Assembly (NCBI GenBank): GCA_964557475.1
Contig: CAZLAG010000001.1
Location: forward strand, 7,575 to 43,353
Origin: an uncultured Gammaproteobacteria bacterium
Lineage (GTDB): Bacteria > Patescibacteriota > Microgenomatia > UBA12405
Reading direction: 5' to 3'
Length of the DNA: 35,779 bases
Numbering within the stretch: position 1 is the stretch's first letter; each line of letters opens with the position of its first letter. A model generated the notes under the pieces. The model was not told the DNA's origin, did not search any database, and was given only the letters and a program-made list of their open reading frames with translations. Position numbers and translations under genes: made by a program. Positions 24,725 through 33,643 of this stretch are shown here, one piece after another.

Positions 24725-25874
24725 ATCACCACTTATCTTTTTAATTTCAACTCTAATAATTATTGGTATCATTTTTATTTCCATTGCCTCATTAAGTGAA
24801 GCTACTACCAGTATTGGTGATAAATTTTTCTTTTTAAGAAAACAAAGTATTTGGTTAGTTATTAGTCTCTTTGTATATTTTATTTTTTCTAAAATTAAAC
24901 TTGAAACTATTAAAAAATATATTCCATTATTTTTCATAGTTTCTGTTATTGCTTTAATATTAGTTATCGTTCCTGGACTTAGTGATGAAACTCTTGGTGC
25001 TCATCGCTGGTTGAATTTAGGTATTATTAAATTTCAACCTTCAGAGATTTTAAAACTTAGTTTAGTTTTGTTTTTTGCCAAACTTTTCTCTAAAAATGAA
25101 AATTGTCTTTTGAAAAATTTAATTATCTATTTAGGTATTCCATTTGTTCTTATAATAATTGAACCAAATTTAAGTACTGCTATTTTGATTTCAGCTATTT
25201 CAATCTCTCTTTACTATCTTGGTGGTGGAAAAATCGGAACTCTTTTTGTATTTTGTGCATTTTTAATTTCGGTTAGTTTAATTTTGGTTTTAGTTTCTCC
25301 ATATAGATCTGCTAGATTAAAAACCATGCTCGATCCTCAACAAAATCAAGAAACAGCCTCTTATCATAGTAACCAAATTACTTTAACTCTTGCCTCTGGT
25401 GGTTTTTTTGGTAAAGGTTTTGCTAATTCAGATCAAAAATACAGTTTTTTACCCAAAATTTCCACTGATTCAATTTTGGCAGTTATTGGGGAAGAAGCCG
25501 GATTTATTGGATTATTTTCAATCATAATAATTTATATTTCATTAATTTCTTATTTATTTAAATTAGCCAATATTATTCCAGATAAATTTCAATCACTTCT
25601 TATTTCCGGAACTGCTCTTTGGATTGCTTATCAAACTTTAATTAATATTTCAGCCATTGCTGGTATTATTCCTTTAACCGGAGTGCCATTACCTTTTATT
25701 TCATATGGAGGTTCATCTTTAACCACCTTAGCTGCAGCTATTGGGTTAGTTCACAATATCGAAAAAAATAACTCAACCCTGCTATACTCAAATCATGAGT
25801 CAAAAGATAACAAAGACCATCATCATCACCGGCACTCATCTAACTCCAGCCCTAGAACTAATTCGTCAACTTAA
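24678..25874 (+). CDS. ftsW: SEDS-family peptidoglycan glycosyltransferase FtsW
   Basis: Polytopic membrane protein. Motifs: HRWLNLGIIKFQPSEILK, SYHSNQITLTLASGGFFGKGF, LPKISTDSILAVIGEEAGFIG and PLTGVPLPFISYGGSS. The start may be the ATG at 24705 (MKPTISK...). A His-rich tail overlaps murG. Confidence 0.9.
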   Translation: MPHQSSNLPMKPTISKSPLIFLISTLIIIGIIFISIASLSEATTSIGDKFFFLRKQSIWLVISLFVYFIFSKIKLETIKKYIPLFFIVSVIALILVIVPGLSDETLGAHRWLNLGIIKFQPSEILKLSLVLFFAKLFSKNENCLLKNLIIYLGIPFVLIIIEPNLSTAILISAISISLYYLGGGKIGTLFVFCAFLISVSLILVLVSPYRSARLKTMLDPQQNQETASYHSNQITLTLASGGFFGKGFANSDQKYSFLPKISTDSILAVIGEEAGFIGLFSIIIIYISLISYLFKLANIIPDKFQSLLISGTALWIAYQTLINISAIAGIIPLTGVPLPFISYGGSSLTTLAAAIGLVHNIEKNNSTLLYSNHESKDNKDHHHHRHSSNSSPRTNSST

Positions 25875-26886
25875 AAACGATCCAAAGTTTAATTGGAATA
25901 TTTCTTATGTTGGGCGAAAATTTAACTCTTCTGAATCTCAAGAAAAATCAATTGAATCAGTGATTATTCCCAAATTAAATGTAAATTATTTTAGTATTAA
26001 TTGTGGTAAATTTGATCGAAAATATTTTCCCAACACACTCCATGGTATTAGCAAAACTATAAAAGGTTTTTTTGAATCTAAAAGAATAATTAATCAAATT
26101 AAACCAGACATTATTGTTTCTTTTGGTGGTTACGTTTCTGTTCCAGTTGTTATTAATGGTTGGTTTAATCATGTTCCAAGTATTACCCACGAACAAACTT
26201 CTACCAATAGTCTTACCACCAAAATTAATAGTTTTTTTGTCACCAAAGTAGCTCTATCTTTTGATAATCCAAAACAATTAACCAACCTTCCCAAAAACAA
26301 AATTGTAATTACTGGTAATTTACTTCGCCATGAGTTATTTACCCAAACAATCAAAATTCCCTCATTTAAAGAATTTTCTAAACCAATGATTTTTATTACC
26401 GCTGGTAATCAAGGTTCTCATTCTATCAATTTAGTTTTAAAAAAATTAATTCCATCTCTTAGTAAATTTACTATTATTCATCAAACAGGGGAGTTAGATT
26501 TTAATAATTTCAAAAAACTTACTACAAAATACCCTAATTATCACCCTTTCCCTTATATCGAAACTAAATATATGGGTTGGATTTTTAAAAATTCTTTATT
26601 AATCATAAGTCGATCAGGTGCCAATACTAGTCAAGAAATTGTTGCTTTTTCCAAAAATTCTATACTTATTCCATTACCCAAAAGTCAACAAAACGAACAA
26701 TTATTAAATGCCATTTGGGTTAAAAATATTTTACCCAATCGAACAATTATTATTGACCAATCACAATTAAGTTCGAAAACATTACTTTCAGCTATAGATA
26801 GCTTATCTGTATTTAAAGCAAATAGTAAAATTAATAAAACTACTGCCAACTTAAAATTACTTCAATTAATTCATGAAATTATTTAA
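25795..26886 (+). CDS. murG: Lipid II-forming UDP-GlcNAc transferase MurG
   Basis: GT28 layout. N-terminal IIITGTHLTPALELI sits in place of the GGTGGH loop. Other motifs: VVSFGGYVSVP, FITAGNQGSH and SRSGANTSQEI. It lies downstream of ftsW, as in dcw clusters. Confidence 0.85.
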   Translation: MSQKITKTIIITGTHLTPALELIRQLKNDPKFNWNISYVGRKFNSSESQEKSIESVIIPKLNVNYFSINCGKFDRKYFPNTLHGISKTIKGFFESKRIINQIKPDIIVSFGGYVSVPVVINGWFNHVPSITHEQTSTNSLTTKINSFFVTKVALSFDNPKQLTNLPKNKIVITGNLLRHELFTQTIKIPSFKEFSKPMIFITAGNQGSHSINLVLKKLIPSLSKFTIIHQTGELDFNNFKKLTTKYPNYHPFPYIETKYMGWIFKNSLLIISRSGANTSQEIVAFSKNSILIPLPKSQQNEQLLNAIWVKNILPNRTIIIDQSQLSSKTLLSAIDSLSVFKANSKINKTTANLKLLQLIHEII

Positions 26887-27250
26887 ATTAATTGCATTTT
26901 TTCTACCTCTAATAGCTGTAATTATTTTTGTAATAGTAAGATTTTATCCTCAGCCAATCACCCCTAAATCAAATAAAAACGATTTTTACGATAAATTAAA
27001 TAATGCACTACAAACAAGCAAATTAATTCCAATTAATATGACTGTTAGAGATTATTTAAACGAAGTTGAATTTTATCTCCAAAATGAAGATAACCAGTTA
27101 ACTAAAATTATTATTTCGACTCAAAAAGACCCATATTGGCAAATTGTATCTTTGCAAGATTTTTCTAAAACAGCTAAAATCAATAATAAACAAATTTATT
27201 TAGTCGATCTAAGTATCGATCATCCGTATGCAACATTCAAAAACAATTAG
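26873..27250 (+). CDS. Small bitopic membrane protein at the ftsQ/divIB position
   Basis: 125 aa with an N-terminal TM helix (LIAFFLPLIAVIIFVIV) and a short extracytoplasmic domain. The assignment rests on synteny between murG and ftsA only; no POTRA motif is recognisable by eye. Confidence 0.4.
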   Translation: MKLFKLIAFFLPLIAVIIFVIVRFYPQPITPKSNKNDFYDKLNNALQTSKLIPINMTVRDYLNEVEFYLQNEDNQLTKIIISTQKDPYWQIVSLQDFSKTAKINNKQIYLVDLSIDHPYATFKNN

Positions 27251-28484
27251 TGGAATAGATATAGGTACATCAAAAGTTACTACTATTATTGGTCAATACC
27301 AAGAAGTAGAGGATAAATTTAACATTATTGCTGTATCTTCAATCCCTGCGACTGGTTTTAGAAAAGGTCAGATAATTAATATTGATCAAGCTTCAAATAC
27401 TATCACTCAAAGTATTGAATCTGCCGAAAGAATGGCTGGTTTTCAAATTAATTCAGCATCAATTTCTTTATCGGCTCCTTATATTGAATCAATTAATTCT
27501 CACGGAGTTGTTGCCATAAGTAATCCAAATGGCGAAATTGATCAAAACGATATTACTCGAGTTATTGAAGCAGCTAAAGCTATTGCTATACCTCCAGGTA
27601 AAGAAATTATTCATATAATACCAATAAAATATACTGTTGACGGTCAAGAAGGAGTCGTTGATCCAATTGGAATGAATGGTACTAGACTTGAAGTGGAAAC
27701 CCATATTGTCTTAGCTTCAACTCCATCTCTTAAAAATCTTCGAAAATGTTTAGAAGATATTGGTATTCATATTAATAGTTTAATTTTTTCTGGCCTTGCA
27801 GCAGCTAGAGCCAGTCTTACTGAAACCGAAAAAGAATTAGGGGTAGCTCTTGTGGATATTGGTGGAAGTATAACCACTATTACAGTTTTTAATGAAGGTG
27901 CACCTATATTTTCTTCTGTTATTCCAGTTGGTGCCAATAATGTTACCAATGATCTTGCAATTGGTTTAAGATTTTCACTTGAAGATGCTGAAAAAATTAA
28001 GCTCAAATTAAACAAATTAGTTGAAAATAAAAATTTTGACGATGAAATAGAGCTTTCTAAACTAGATATCGATACTGTTGATAAGAATCGAAAAATATCT
28101 ATTCAAACCGCTACAAATGGCATTATTAAACCAAGACTTGAAGAAATTTTCAATCTAATTTTTGACCAATTACAAACCGCTAATTTACATCATGTTATAC
28201 CTGCCGGTATTGTTCTTACTGGTGGTGGAGCTCAAACAGTCAATGTTAAAGAAATCTGTGAGAAAATAATTCCACTTCCATTTAGAATTGCTTTTCCACC
28301 AAAAATGGGTGGAATAGTAGATGATATTCTAAATCCAGCTTATACTAGTACCATTGGACTTCTTATGACCGCTCGAGAATCTAAAGATACTAATAATAAT
28401 TCATCAAACAATAGAAAAATGAAATTAAACTTTGGTGGACTACTTGGTAAATTCAAAAAATTAATTGAACCAATATTACCGTAA
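27228..28484 (+). CDS. ftsA: Cell division protein FtsA
   Basis: Actin-fold motifs GIDIGTSKV, LVDIGGSITT and LTGGGAQ. C-terminal amphipathic helix GGLLGKFKKLIEPIL. Confidence 0.92.
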   Translation: MQHSKTISGIDIGTSKVTTIIGQYQEVEDKFNIIAVSSIPATGFRKGQIINIDQASNTITQSIESAERMAGFQINSASISLSAPYIESINSHGVVAISNPNGEIDQNDITRVIEAAKAIAIPPGKEIIHIIPIKYTVDGQEGVVDPIGMNGTRLEVETHIVLASTPSLKNLRKCLEDIGIHINSLIFSGLAAARASLTETEKELGVALVDIGGSITTITVFNEGAPIFSSVIPVGANNVTNDLAIGLRFSLEDAEKIKLKLNKLVENKNFDDEIELSKLDIDTVDKNRKISIQTATNGIIKPRLEEIFNLIFDQLQTANLHHVIPAGIVLTGGGAQTVNVKEICEKIIPLPFRIAFPPKMGGIVDDILNPAYTSTIGLLMTARESKDTNNNSSNNRKMKLNFGGLLGKFKKLIEPILP

Positions 28485-28486
28485 CT

Positions 28487-29665
28487 ATGGGATTAGTAAA
28501 AACATTAACTGGACAATTTGCCAAAATTAAAGTTATAGGAGTTGGTGGCGGTGGAAATAATGCTATTAATTCCATGATTTCTGAAGAGAATATCATGGGA
28601 GTTGATTTTATTGCAGTCAATACCGATTCACAGGCTTTATTAAATTCTCTGGCTCCAATCAAAATTCAAATTGGTGAAAAACTTACAAAAGGTTTAGGAG
28701 CTGGTGGTAATCCACAAACAGGTCAAAAAGCAGCCGAAGAATCGAGAGAAAGAATAAAAGAAGTTTTAGCAGGCACTGATATGGTTTTTGTCACTGGTGG
28801 TATGGGTGGTGGCACCTGTACTGGTGCTGCTCCTATTATTGCTCAAATAGCAAAAAAAGAATTAGGTATTCTAACAATTGGAGTTGTTACTAAACCATTC
28901 GCCTTTGAAGGTACTCGTCGTATGACTAATGCTGAAGAAGGTATCTCTCAACTTCGCAATAACGTTGACACTCTCATTGTAATACCTAACCAAAAAGTCA
29001 TGGAAGTTGTTAACGATAAAGCCACTCTTCTTGAAGCTTTTAAAATTGCTGATTCAGTTCTCAATAAGGGCACTAAAGCTATAGCAGATTTAATTACTAA
29101 TCCAGGGCTTATAAATCTTGATTTTGCGGATATCAAATCAGTTATGAGCAACGCTGGTACAGCTCTAATGGGTGTAGGAGAAGCAGAAGGAGAAAATCGA
29201 GCTCAAAAGGCTGTTGAAGAAGCTATAAATTCTCCATTAGTTGAGGTAGAAATTCAGGGAGCTAGGGGAGTCTTAATTAATATTACTGGAGGTCCAGACA
29301 TTACTATGGCTGAAATTGAAGAAGCTGCTAAAACTATCACTGAACGAAGTGCTCCAGATGCTAATATTATTTTTGGTACGACTATTGATAAAGAATTAAA
29401 AGGAAAAATTAAAATATCTGTTATTGCTACTGGTTTTGATAATACCAAAAGTCAATTTTACAGTTCAATCAAAAAACCACTTCCTCAATTAGAAAAAAAT
29501 CCTATTAATCAGCCATCACCAATCACTTCAAATAATTCATTTGAAACAAAAGAATTAAGTGATAATCAAATTAAAAGATTTTTAGGTGATAAAGATATTC
29601 CAACTGGGGTAGATATTATCGATGAATTTGACATTCCAGCTTTCCTAAGAAAAAACGGTGTATAA
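28487..29665 (+). CDS. ftsZ: Cell division GTPase FtsZ
   Basis: Motifs: [15 protein letters not shown], the tubulin signature [13 protein letters not shown], and the conserved C-terminal peptide DIPAFLRK. Confidence 0.97.
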   Translation: MGLVKTLTGQFAKIKVIGVGGGGNNAINSMISEENIMGVDFIAVNTDSQALLNSLAPIKIQIGEKLTKGLGAGGNPQTGQKAAEESRERIKEVLAGTDMVFVTGGMGGGTCTGAAPIIAQIAKKELGILTIGVVTKPFAFEGTRRMTNAEEGISQLRNNVDTLIVIPNQKVMEVVNDKATLLEAFKIADSVLNKGTKAIADLITNPGLINLDFADIKSVMSNAGTALMGVGEAEGENRAQKAVEEAINSPLVEVEIQGARGVLINITGGPDITMAEIEEAAKTITERSAPDANIIFGTTIDKELKGKIKISVIATGFDNTKSQFYSSIKKPLPQLEKNPINQPSPITSNNSFETKELSDNQIKRFLGDKDIPTGVDIIDEFDIPAFLRKNGV

Positions 29666-29712
29666 TAAGGCTATTCGATGACTAAATCATCCAAAATAAT
29701 TATTATTAAATA

Positions 29713-29743
29713 GCCGCGATTCTGCTTTGCAGAATACCGTGGC
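29713..29743 (+). other. GC-rich stem-loop in the ftsZ-ileS spacer
   Basis: GCCGCG-ATTCTGC-TTT-GCAGAAT-AC-CGTGGC forms 13 pairs, including one G-U, with a 2-nt bulge. It stands out locally against the AT-rich background. Confidence 0.45.
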
Positions 29744-29750
29744 ATTTCTA

Positions 29751-29775
29751 AATCCTTCATTTGAAGGATTTTTTT
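29751..29775 (+). terminator. Rho-independent terminator-like hairpin
   Basis: AATCCTTC-ATTT-GAAGGATT (8-bp stem, 29751-29770) followed by TTTTT (29771-29775). It ends 15 nt before the ileS ATG. Confidence 0.6.
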
Positions 29776-29789
29776 GTAAAATACACTAT

Positions 29790-32597
29790 ATGCCAAAATT
29801 TAAATCAATAGATCAAAACGTTAATTTTCCAGCTCTTGAAGAGAATATTATAAAATTTTGGAAAGATAAAAAAATATTTGAAAAATCAGTTGAGTCTCGA
29901 CCTAAAGAAAATGCTTACAGTTTTTATGATGGTCCTCCTTTTATTACTGGTATGCCTCACCATGGACATTTACTTTCCAGTATTGCTAAAGACGTTATTC
30001 CTCGTTTTTGGACCATGAAAGGCAAACGAGTTCGTCGTGTTTGGGGTTGGGATTGTCATGGACTTCCAGCCGAAAATAAAGTTGAAGAATTATTGGGTTT
30101 AAAAAACAAAAAAGATATTGAGACCATTGGTATCAAAAAATATATCGATACTTGTTATGATTATGTTCAAAATGTTTCTCAAGAATGGCCTTGGTATATT
30201 GATCATGTTGGTCGTTGGGTTGATTTAGATCATGCCTACAAAACCATGGATTTAAATTACATGGAAAGTGTTATGTGGGTTTTTTCTGAAATCTACAAAA
30301 AGGGATTAATTTACAAAGGTAATCGTATTTCTTTATACTGTCCTCGTTGTTCAACACCATTATCAAACTTTGAAATTGCCATGGATAATTCCTACAAAGA
30401 TGTCGAAGATCCAGCCATTTCTATTAAATTTAAATTAAAAGATCGCGATGCTTATGTCTTAGCTTGGACAACTACTCCTTGGACTCTTCCGGCAAATCTT
30501 GCTTTAGCAGTAAATAAAGATGAAATTTATTCAGAAATTAAAATTAATAATCAAAACTTGATTTTAGCTAAAGCCAGAATTGAAGCTGTTGTTGATAATC
30601 AAGCCTATGAAATTATTAAAGAATTTAAAGGTCAAGAATTAATTGGACTTTCCTACGAACCACTTTATAGTTTTTTTGAAGTCAGCCAAAATGACTACAA
30701 AATTTACCATGCGGATTTTGTTTCTATGACAGATGGTACTGGTGTAGTTCATATTGCACCAGCTTTTGGTGAAGATGATTCTAATTTTGGTAAACAGAAT
30801 AAATTATCTTTAATAAATCATGTTGATGATGAAGGTAAAATAATTGATCAAGTTACTCCTTTTGCCAATTTGTTTGTTAAAAAAGCCGATCCACTTGTTA
30901 TTGAAGATCTTAAAGATAGAAATTTACTTTTTAAACAAGATTTAATTACTCATAGTTATCCTTTTTGTTATCGTTGCGGTACTCCTTTAATTTACAAATC
31001 TCAAACTGCTTGGTATCTCAATGTTCAATCTGTTAAAGACGGTATGAAATCCACCAATCAAAATATTAATTGGGTTCCAGACCATATCAAAGACGGTCGT
31101 TTTGGACAAGGAATTGAAACTGCTCCTGACTGGTGTTTATCAAGATCTCGTTTTTGGGCCTCTCCAATTCCTGTTTGGGAATGTGAATGTGGTGAAAAAT
31201 TTGTTCCATCAAGTATTGCCGAACTAGAAGCAAAATCTGGTAAAAAAATCACTAATCTTCACAAACCAGATATTGATGAGGTTACTATCCATTGTGATAA
31301 ATGTGGTAAGGAAGTCCATCGTGTTCCAGAAGTTTTAGATTGTTGGTTTGAATCAGGCGCCATGCCTTATGCTCAACTCCATTATCCTTTTGAAAACAAA
31401 GAATTTTTTGAAAAAAGTTTTCCAGCTGATTATATAGTCGAATATATTGGACAAACTCGTGGTTGGTTTTACACCCTCCATGTTTTATCTAATACTTTAT
31501 TCCAATCTGAAAGTTTTAAAAACTGTGTTGTCACCGGTACCATGATGGGAACCGATGGTCGAAAAATGAGTAAACTTTTCAAAAATTATCCTGATCCAAA
31601 AATGGTTCTTCAAAAATACGGTGGAGATGCTATGCGTCTTTATCTTATGAGTAGTGTCATTATGGTCGGAGAAAATATTAACCTTGATGAAAAAGAATTT
31701 GATAATCAAGTTAAAAATGTTTTACTTCCTCTATGGAATTCTTTTAAATATTTTATTACTTATGCCAATCTTTTCGATTTTTCTCCAAAAGATGATCAAC
31801 TAGAATCTAGTAATGTTCTTGATCAATGGATACAAAATCAAACTAATAATTTTATTATTAATATTGAAAAAGAATTAAACGAATACAATCTTCCAAATGC
31901 CACTCGTTTAATTGAGCCATATATTAATGACCTTTCTCGTTGGTATATTCGTCAATCACGTGATCGATTTGCCACTGGTGACCACCAAGCTCTTCAAACT
32001 CTTTGGCAAGTTTTAGTAAAATTTTGTTTAACTACAGCGCCAATTATTCCATTTATTACTGAAAATATTTGGCAAAATTTAGTTGTCGATATTAATCCTA
32101 GTATATCAGAATCAATTCATTTGGAAAATTTTCCAATAGCTTCACCCTTTGATGAAAAAATTGCTTCTGATATGACTTTAGTTCAACAAATTTGTGAACA
32201 AGGAAATATGATTCGAAAAACCCAACAAATTAGTACTCGTCAACCATTATCAAAACTAACAATTTCATCAAATCAAAAAATAGATTTATCAGAAAAACTT
32301 ATCGAAGTTATAAAAAATGAAATTAATGTAAAAAATATTGAAATAAATAAATCAACTGATAGTCTAAAGGTTGTTCTTGATACCAACATATCTCCCGAAC
32401 TTAAGGCAGAAGGTGATGCTCGAGATCTAATTCGTTCCATTCAAAGTCTTCGTAAAGAAGCCAATTTAAATCTTAAAGATAAGATAAAGATATTTGCTCC
32501 AAATTGGCCATCCCAATTTGAAAACGAAATTCTTTCAAAAACATTAGCCCAAAATATTATCAAATCAGATTTGTTAAAAATAGAGAAAATCGACTAA
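29790..32597 (+). CDS. ileS: Isoleucyl-tRNA synthetase, type 2 (eukaryote-like)
   Basis: The start is set at MPKFKSIDQ (29790). The track's 29727 start would read through the hairpin and terminator. Motifs: FYDGPPFITGMPHHGHLL (HIGH region), WDCHGLP, CPRCSTPL, CYRCGTPL, and KMSKLFKNYPDP (KMSKS region, type 2 pattern). Confidence 0.95.
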   Translation: MPKFKSIDQNVNFPALEENIIKFWKDKKIFEKSVESRPKENAYSFYDGPPFITGMPHHGHLLSSIAKDVIPRFWTMKGKRVRRVWGWDCHGLPAENKVEELLGLKNKKDIETIGIKKYIDTCYDYVQNVSQEWPWYIDHVGRWVDLDHAYKTMDLNYMESVMWVFSEIYKKGLIYKGNRISLYCPRCSTPLSNFEIAMDNSYKDVEDPAISIKFKLKDRDAYVLAWTTTPWTLPANLALAVNKDEIYSEIKINNQNLILAKARIEAVVDNQAYEIIKEFKGQELIGLSYEPLYSFFEVSQNDYKIYHADFVSMTDGTGVVHIAPAFGEDDSNFGKQNKLSLINHVDDEGKIIDQVTPFANLFVKKADPLVIEDLKDRNLLFKQDLITHSYPFCYRCGTPLIYKSQTAWYLNVQSVKDGMKSTNQNINWVPDHIKDGRFGQGIETAPDWCLSRSRFWASPIPVWECECGEKFVPSSIAELEAKSGKKITNLHKPDIDEVTIHCDKCGKEVHRVPEVLDCWFESGAMPYAQLHYPFENKEFFEKSFPADYIVEYIGQTRGWFYTLHVLSNTLFQSESFKNCVVTGTMMGTDGRKMSKLFKNYPDPKMVLQKYGGDAMRLYLMSSVIMVGENINLDEKEFDNQVKNVLLPLWNSFKYFITYANLFDFSPKDDQLESSNVLDQWIQNQTNNFIINIEKELNEYNLPNATRLIEPYINDLSRWYIRQSRDRFATGDHQALQTLWQVLVKFCLTTAPIIPFITENIWQNLVVDINPSISESIHLENFPIASPFDEKIASDMTLVQQICEQGNMIRKTQQISTRQPLSKLTISSNQKIDLSEKLIEVIKNEINVKNIEINKSTDSLKVVLDTNISPELKAEGDARDLIRSIQSLRKEANLNLKDKIKIFAPNWPSQFENEILSKTLAQNIIKSDLLKIEKID

Positions 32598-32606
32598 AAT
32601 TAGACA

Positions 32607-33605
32607 ATGTTTAAAAATGGTAGATTGTCACTTTTAGTTAGCTTTGGGGTTTTGTTTTGTATTAATATTCTTATGATCAGTTCTATTGCACCGTCGTTGG
32701 TCATAAAACAACTGATTGCTTGGGTAATTGGAATCATTTTATTTTTTCTTGGAAAACAAATCAACGTTAAACAAATTAATTCTTCAAAATGGTTTATCTT
32801 TATTGCTTGTTGTATTTTTTTAGTCCTACCAATTTTACTAAACAATATTACTCGAGGTTCTAGAAGATGGATTAATGTTGCTGGTACCACCCTTCAACCA
32901 TCAGAGTTTGTCAAACCGTGGCTCATGCTAGTTTTATCAAATTCCAATATCCCACTTCTTCATCTTATTCCAGTTGGAATCGTTATGGCCCAACCAGACT
33001 TGGGTAGTGCTATTTCAATTCTCTGTTTAATGATTCCAATCATTATTTATAATAAAAAAATATTTAAATTTTCCTTAATTATTGGTGTTTGTTTTTTAAT
33101 TACTTCACCAATTATTTACAAGGTCATTCTTCACGATTATCAAAAAGAAAGAATAATTAATTTTATTAATCCATTATCAGATCCTTTAGGTAAAGGTTAC
33201 AATGTTATTCAATCAAAAATTGCTGTTGGTTCTGGTGGAATATTTGGTAAAGGTTATAGAAAGGGGACTCAAGGACAATTATTATTCTTACCAGAAAAAC
33301 ATACTGACTTCATGTTTGCCGCTACTGCTGAAGAATTAGGTCTTACTGGAATTTTAATTATTTTTGTATCTTATTATTTTCTTTTGAGGAATTTATTTAA
33401 TAAAGCATATAGTACTACCAACAACAAACCTTTATTTTTATTCACATTAGGAATTGCTTTTCAAATATGGATTCAAGCTTTTATCAATATTGGAATGAAC
33501 ATTGGGCTTCTTCCTGTAACGGGAATTCCATTACCTTTTATTTCTGTTGGTGGTTCATCAATTATGACTCTACTTTTTTCAATTGGCATTATCTATTCAT
33601 CCTAA
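32607..33605 (+). CDS. rodA: SEDS-family protein, RodA-like (second FtsW/RodA paralogue)
   Basis: Motifs: LQPSEFVKP, QPDLGSAI, QSKIAVGSGGIFGKGY, LPEKHTDFMFAATAEELG and PVTGIPLPFISVGGSS. Confidence 0.85.
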   Translation: MFKNGRLSLLVSFGVLFCINILMISSIAPSLVIKQLIAWVIGIILFFLGKQINVKQINSSKWFIFIACCIFLVLPILLNNITRGSRRWINVAGTTLQPSEFVKPWLMLVLSNSNIPLLHLIPVGIVMAQPDLGSAISILCLMIPIIIYNKKIFKFSLIIGVCFLITSPIIYKVILHDYQKERIINFINPLSDPLGKGYNVIQSKIAVGSGGIFGKGYRKGTQGQLLFLPEKHTDFMFAATAEELGLTGILIIFVSYYFLLRNLFNKAYSTTNNKPLFLFTLGIAFQIWIQAFINIGMNIGLLPVTGIPLPFISVGGSSIMTLLFSIGIIYSS

Positions 33606-33607
33606 GC

Positions 33608-33635
33608 TTGCCAACATATTTTCCTATGTTATAAT
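33608..33635 (+). promoter_or_regulatory. Candidate extended -10 promoter for rplU-rpmA
   Basis: -35 TTGCCA (33608-33613), a 16-nt spacer, then TGtTATAAT with TATAAT at 33630-33635. Only 8 nt separate the -10 from the rplU ATG at 33644, and no SD is present. Confidence 0.5.
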
Positions 33636-33643
33636 CGAAAAGT

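Noticed and set aside
25760-25874. The His-rich FtsW tail as evidence of a frameshifted pseudogene.
   Set aside because: All SEDS core motifs lie upstream and are intact, so the tail only adds residues after the last TM helix. I cannot exclude an assembly indel without reads. I therefore report it as an observation rather than a pseudogene.
29727-29789. An upstream extension of ileS (MQNTVAFLNPSFEGFFCKIHY...), as given in the ORF track.
   Set aside because: The extension would be translated through a GC-rich hairpin and a terminator hairpin with a T-run. The IleRS homology begins at MPKFKSIDQ (29790).
29666-29789. A possible T-box leader upstream of ileS, since ileS is T-box regulated in many Gram-positive bacteria.
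   Set aside because: There is no GGGTGGNACCG-like core, and the spacer is only 124 nt. I report the structures as a generic hairpin plus terminator instead.
32600-32890. Antisense ORFs from the track: 32600-32890, 3631-3867, 11532-11750, 13120-13302, 15382-15654, 15934-16122, 17295-17501, 21485-21724, 24686-24937, 25975-26354, 27489-28015, 28453-28662, 28948-29448, 31058-31252, 31497-31709 and 34642-34875.
   Set aside because: All lie opposite well-supported genes (rodA, GT4, glyQS, ftsI, murE, mraY, ftsW, murG, ftsA, ftsZ, ileS, parB) and carry no recognisable motifs. I take them as shadow ORFs. The one minus-strand small ORF I accept (22568-22732) lies mostly in an intergenic gap and has a Cys4 motif.
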